DNA of 64,000 nucleotides from Rickettsiales bacterium (GTDB lineage Bacteria; Pseudomonadota; Alphaproteobacteria; Rickettsiales; CANDYO01): NCBI GenBank assembly GCA_965228885.1, contig OZ245841.1, positions 21,168 to 85,167 of the forward strand, read 5' to 3'. Shown piece by piece: positions 60,009 to 64,000 of this stretch (position 1 is its first letter; each line of letters starts with the position of its first letter). The notes under the pieces were generated by a model. It saw only the letters and a program-made list of their open reading frames with translations, ran no database searches and was not told where the DNA came from. The position numbers and the translations under genes were made by a program.

Positions 60009-60611
60009 TTATAACTTATCAGCATTTGAAGTTAAATAATCAGCAACACCTTCAGCATTAGGATTCATTCCTTCATCACCTTTTCTCCAACCTGCTGGGC
60101 AAACTTCACCATGTTCATCATGATGGATAAGCGCATCAATCATACGCAGCATTTCATCAACATTGCGACCAAGAGGAAGATCATTAACCACCTGATGTCT
60201 TACTACGCCATTACCATCAATTAAAAAAGCCCCTCTTAAAGCCACCTTCTCATCCATCAACACATCATAATCTCTAGCAATAGATTTATCTAAATCCGAA
60301 ACCATGGGCATTTGAATGTTTCCTATTCCACCTTGACTTACAGGTGTATTTTTCCATGCATAATGTGAAAAATGTGAATCAACACTCACGGCTATAACTT
60401 TAACACCTCTTGAAGAGAATTCACCTAAACGGTGATTAAAAGCTATAATTTCTGTTGGGCAAACAAATGTAAAATCTAACGGGTAAAAAAATACAACCCC
60501 TATAGCACCATCTAAATATTTAGTTAAATCAAAATTATTGTTAATTTCATTATTAGGCATCACTGCAGTAGCCACAAAATTAGGCGCCGCTTTTCCTACT
60601 AGAACAGACAT
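60009..60611 (-). CDS. ahpC: 2-Cys peroxiredoxin (AhpC/TSA)
   Basis: FYPLDFTFVCPTEI and HGEVCPAGW. Confidence 0.95.
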   Translation of the reverse strand: MSVLVGKAAPNFVATAVMPNNEINNNFDLTKYLDGAIGVVFFYPLDFTFVCPTEIIAFNHRLGEFSSRGVKVIAVSVDSHFSHYAWKNTPVSQGGIGNIQMPMVSDLDKSIARDYDVLMDEKVALRGAFLIDGNGVVRHQVVNDLPLGRNVDEMLRMIDALIHHDEHGEVCPAGWRKGDEGMNPNAEGVADYLTSNADKL

Positions 60612-60854
60612 AAGTTAATCTCCATAAAAATTATAAATTAAAGTAATATATTTCCACATTCTAGACCTAAGAATATTAGATATCAAGATAAATCTATATA
60701 CCTTTAACTAGTTTAGTAGCATAATTTAATTAAAAAAAACACTGATTTTTCACCCCCACCTAACAAACAAAAACTTTAAAGTCTCTAAACAATTGATAAT
60801 TAACAAATCATTCAGCGCTACCTAAACTACCAACACTAACTCCAAATCCATATC

Positions 60855-60870
60855 TTAATAACTTATTAAC
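60855..60870. promoter_or_regulatory. CtrA consensus box TTAA-N7-TTAAC
   Basis: TTAAtaacttaTTAAC, 46 nt upstream of the ATG at 60917. Confidence 0.35.
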
Positions 60871-60916
60871 TTTCTTTTGATAAAATTTATCTTTTACAAA
60901 TATAAAAATTTTAATT

Positions 60917-61747
60917 ATGAAAGAACTTCTAAAAAAACTTGTCCAAAACGAATTAACAGAAGAAGAAAAATCCGAAGCACAAAAAAAAACCGAAGATAGA
61001 GCAGAAAAATATATTAATTTCTTTAAAAAACCGTTTGAAAAACTGAAATCTGAAGATAGAAACAAACTAGCCATAGCATATAAAGTAATGGCTGGATTTT
61101 TCGTTAATTCTGACAAACTTGTTTATACAAGAGATAAACTATCATTTAAAGATAGATTGAAAGAAATAAAAGACCTTAGACAAAAAGCTGCTTTTATATG
61201 TACAACTAGCGCTAAAATAATTGGCAAAACAGCATTAGGATCCCTTCAATTCGTTATTAGAAATTCTATAAAACAGCCAGCAATGCTAGCTTTTCGTCTA
61301 GGAGCCGGGACATATAATTTAGGTAAATATCTAAAAGCAAAAATATCAGGTAATAAGAGAAGAATGGACGCTGAATCAGCTAATTTTAAATATCAAATGC
61401 AAGAAACACGAAACGCAGTTATAGGAACAGGAGTCACAGCTGCTATCATCATCTCAACTCTTGGCACCGCTGGCATAACAGCCTCATTCTTTGGAGCAGC
61501 CAGCGCTGCTATAGCAACCACTGCATCAGCTATTGACACAGCAGCTTTAGCAAATGATACAGCACAAGGAACGTTCAAGCAAATAAAAGGAAGAGCACCA
61601 AAAGATCAAGACATCCACCAACAAGGTATAGAACTAAACCCTATAAGAAGACTCCAAGAAACTTTAAACAATAAAGACAGAAACCCTGCACCTTGCTCAA
61701 CCCCACTATGCAAATCAACAACAGGAAAAAATCTCCGCCATCATTAG
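60917..61747 (+). CDS. Hypothetical protein with a long Ala/Gly/Thr-rich hydrophobic segment
   Basis: AVIGTGVTAAIIISTLGTAGITASFFGAASAAIATTASA; basic C-terminus ending STPLCKSTTGKNLRHH. Confidence 0.75.
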   Translation: MKELLKKLVQNELTEEEKSEAQKKTEDRAEKYINFFKKPFEKLKSEDRNKLAIAYKVMAGFFVNSDKLVYTRDKLSFKDRLKEIKDLRQKAAFICTTSAKIIGKTALGSLQFVIRNSIKQPAMLAFRLGAGTYNLGKYLKAKISGNKRRMDAESANFKYQMQETRNAVIGTGVTAAIIISTLGTAGITASFFGAASAAIATTASAIDTAALANDTAQGTFKQIKGRAPKDQDIHQQGIELNPIRRLQETLNNKDRNPAPCSTPLCKSTTGKNLRHH

Positions 61748-61785
61748 TCTCTTTCTTTAAAAGATCATTAAAAATTAAGGAAAAT

Positions 61786-61862
<77 letters not shown>

Positions 61863-62016
61863 ACAAGAATTGATGAAGGCAATATAAGGCATATAATGTA
61901 GTTTGTAAAGAAAAAATAAAACTATTTCCAAAAAATATCTATACTTGTATTGCCAATAGTATCTTGATATAGTTCCCCATGAAAGAAAATTCACCACAAT
62001 ATTAAGTAATAAAAAA

Positions 62017-63621
62017 ATGCTCACAATAAATGACTTGGCCTTTCTCTACGGAGCAAAACTTCTCTTCGCAGATGTGAACCTAAATCTTAATAAAGGACAA
62101 AGAATTGGTCTTGTTGGAGGGAATGGCGCAGGCAAATCAACCTTCCTAAAATTATTAGCTGGAGAAGAAGAACCTTCTTTAGGAATAATAAATATAGCCA
62201 AAAGAGCTAGAGTTGGATGGTTAAAGCAAGATCAATTCCGCTATGAAAATGTTTCTATTGTCAACACAGTAATTGCCGGAAATAAAGCCCTCTGGGAAGC
62301 AATATGCGAAAAAGAAGAATTACTTAGCAAAGAAGTTTGCGACGATAAAACAGGATATCGTCTAGGCGAGTTAGAAGAAATTATCTTTGATAATGATGGA
62401 TATAATGCTGAATATATTGCTAGTGAATTACTAAGTGGATTAGGCATAAAGGAAGAATATCACCATCAACCATTATCAGTTTTATCAGGTGGATATAAAT
62501 TACGAGTTCTTCTTGCTAAAAGTTTATTTGATAATCCTGATGTATTGCTTCTTGATGAACCAACCAACCACCTAGATATCATCTCTATCTATTGGTTAGA
62601 AAATTATTTACGCAACACGTTCAAAGGATTATTAATATTCATCTCCCATGATGTGACCTTTGTTAATAATTTAGCCACTCACATTCTGGATATAGATTAT
62701 GGAGAAATAACTCAATATACTGGAAACTATTATAGCTTTGTTGGACAAAAAGCTGCCGTAATGGAACAAAAGCAAAAAGAGCTAGCTTTCTTAGAGAAGA
62801 AAATAGCAACCATGAAGGTTTTTGTTGAAAAATTTAGAGCTTCAGCTTCCAGGTCTAAACAAGCTTTATCTAGAGAAAAACAAATAGATAAAATTGAATT
62901 ACCCGACGTGAAAAAAAGCTCTAGAATATCTCCTAATTTTTATTTTAGACCTAAGAGACCTTCTGGAAAATTGGCCCTCAATGTAAAGGCTGTCTCTAAA
63001 ACCTATAAAGACCGTCAAATTCTAAGCAATGTTAACTTCTCAATAAGCCGTGGAGACAAAGTAATTATCATCGGCCCCAATGGAATTGGCAAATCAACTT
63101 TACTTAAAATTTTATTAGATAAAGTTAATGCAGATAGCGGAAATAAAGAATGGGGACATGAAGCTCATAAATCATATTTTGCTCAAGATCATCACGAATT
63201 ACTAAATGAATCTATTTCAGCATATGAATGGATGTGCCAGCAACTACCTACTGAAACTACGAGCAAATTACGTAATGTTTTAGGGCATGTGCTATTCAAA
63301 CAAGATGATGCTCACAAAGATGTGCTTCAACTATCTGGAGGTGAAGGAGCAAGATTATTACTAGCAAAGATAATGGTTGAAGAAGGTAATTGTCTAATAT
63401 TGGACGAACCAACCAATCACTTAGATATTGAAGCAAAGGATGGCTTAAAAAAAGCCTTAGTAGAATTCCCTGGAACTTTAATTATGGTAACTCATGATCG
63501 AGACTTTGCATCTGGCATAGCAACTAGAATTATTGCAATAACCGAAAAAAATATTATTGACTATAAAGGAACTTATGATGAATACTTAGCAAAATACGGC
63601 CAAGATTATTTTAAATATTAA
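62017..63621 (+). CDS. ABC-F family ribosome-associated ATPase (YbiT-like)
   Basis: Two ABC domains (GGNGAGKST, LSGG, LLLDEPTNHLD; GPNGIGKST, LSGGE, ILDEPTNHLD) and no TM segments. Confidence 0.93.
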   Translation: MLTINDLAFLYGAKLLFADVNLNLNKGQRIGLVGGNGAGKSTFLKLLAGEEEPSLGIINIAKRARVGWLKQDQFRYENVSIVNTVIAGNKALWEAICEKEELLSKEVCDDKTGYRLGELEEIIFDNDGYNAEYIASELLSGLGIKEEYHHQPLSVLSGGYKLRVLLAKSLFDNPDVLLLDEPTNHLDIISIYWLENYLRNTFKGLLIFISHDVTFVNNLATHILDIDYGEITQYTGNYYSFVGQKAAVMEQKQKELAFLEKKIATMKVFVEKFRASASRSKQALSREKQIDKIELPDVKKSSRISPNFYFRPKRPSGKLALNVKAVSKTYKDRQILSNVNFSISRGDKVIIIGPNGIGKSTLLKILLDKVNADSGNKEWGHEAHKSYFAQDHHELLNESISAYEWMCQQLPTETTSKLRNVLGHVLFKQDDAHKDVLQLSGGEGARLLLAKIMVEEGNCLILDEPTNHLDIEAKDGLKKALVEFPGTLIMVTHDRDFASGIATRIIAITEKNIIDYKGTYDEYLAKYGQDYFKY

Positions 63622-63643
63622 ATTATAAAAAAAGGAGAAAATT

Positions 63644-64000
63644 ATGGCGATTGTCCATATTATAAGACATGGGAAAACTCATTATAACGAACAAGGAATA
63701 CTAACCGGTCGTGGATCTGATCCAGAATTAACAGAATATGGTATATCACAGGCTCAAGATATAGCTCAACATATACATAAAAACTACATAGAACATATTG
63801 ATCTTGTTGTCAGCAGCAATATGACCCGCACTAATAAAACAGCAGAGATTATTAATGAGTTATTACAAAAACCAATGTCATTTGATATGGACCTTCAAGA
63901 AAAACATCACGGAGGATTTGAAGGACATAGTTTGGACTATGCTTTGCCAATTTTAAATGCTCTAGCAGATGATGAAACTCACCCCATCCATGGAGCGGAG
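63644..64000 (+). CDS. Histidine phosphatase (phosphoglycerate mutase-like) family, partial at the right edge
   Basis: Hand translation MAIVHIIRHGKTHYNEQGILTGRGSDPELTEYGISQA...SSNMTRTNKTA...LQEKHHGGFEG; RBS aaggag upstream; missing from the ORF track. Confidence 0.88.
   Translation, partial: MAIVHIIRHGKTHYNEQGILTGRGSDPELTEYGISQAQDIAQHIHKNYIEHIDLVVSSNMTRTNKTAEIINELLQKPMSFDMDLQEKHHGGFEGHSLDYALPILNALADDETHPIHGAE

Noticed and set aside
30272-60611. Concentration of redox genes (dsbB, bcp, trxA, trxB, ahpC)
   Set aside because: They are scattered, ordinary housekeeping genes with no shared operon structure.
61757-61771. TTAA-N7-TTAA box
   Set aside because: It lies between convergent 3' ends and is treated as a chance match showing the background rate.

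Overview
A 64-kb window of an AT-rich alphaproteobacterial chromosome. The gene content points to Rickettsiales, most likely a protist- or invertebrate-associated lineage: two Tlc/NTT nucleotide translocases, an rvh-type virB8-virB9(short)-virB10-virB11 operon, a DUF2748-like protein, Coq7 and ankyrin proteins. The housekeeping backbone includes mnmA, rmuC, ftsA/ftsQ, ctaG/ctaE, erpA, tyrS, trxA/trxB, ahpC, bcp, dsbB, ybeY/corC, anmK, dnaK/dnaJ, xseA, ppa and four tRNAs (Gly-GCC, Pro-TGG, Val-TAC, fMet-CAT). It is interleaved with lineage-specific genes. The best candidate for an undescribed system is 10247..12866, where a small-molecule-type SAM methyltransferase overlaps a six-TM CqsS/LqsS-like hybrid sensor kinase. 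This would be a possible signal-synthase/receptor (quorum-sensing-like) pair in which a methyltransferase takes the place of CqsA/LqsA. A paralogous hybrid kinase with a different input domain lies about 6.5 kb away. Other notable items are a VirB10 with about 10 tandem copies of a 14-aa acidic repeat, no virD4 after virB11, a TpsB transporter paired with a helical non-TpsA-like secreted protein, a PTP-ankyrin fusion, a tandem pair of degenerate RTX beta-roll proteins, and a 676-codon lipoprotein ORF at the left edge that the ORF track missed. No integrase, transposase, rRNA or CRISPR array was seen. All family assignments come from motif recognition by eye, not from database searches.
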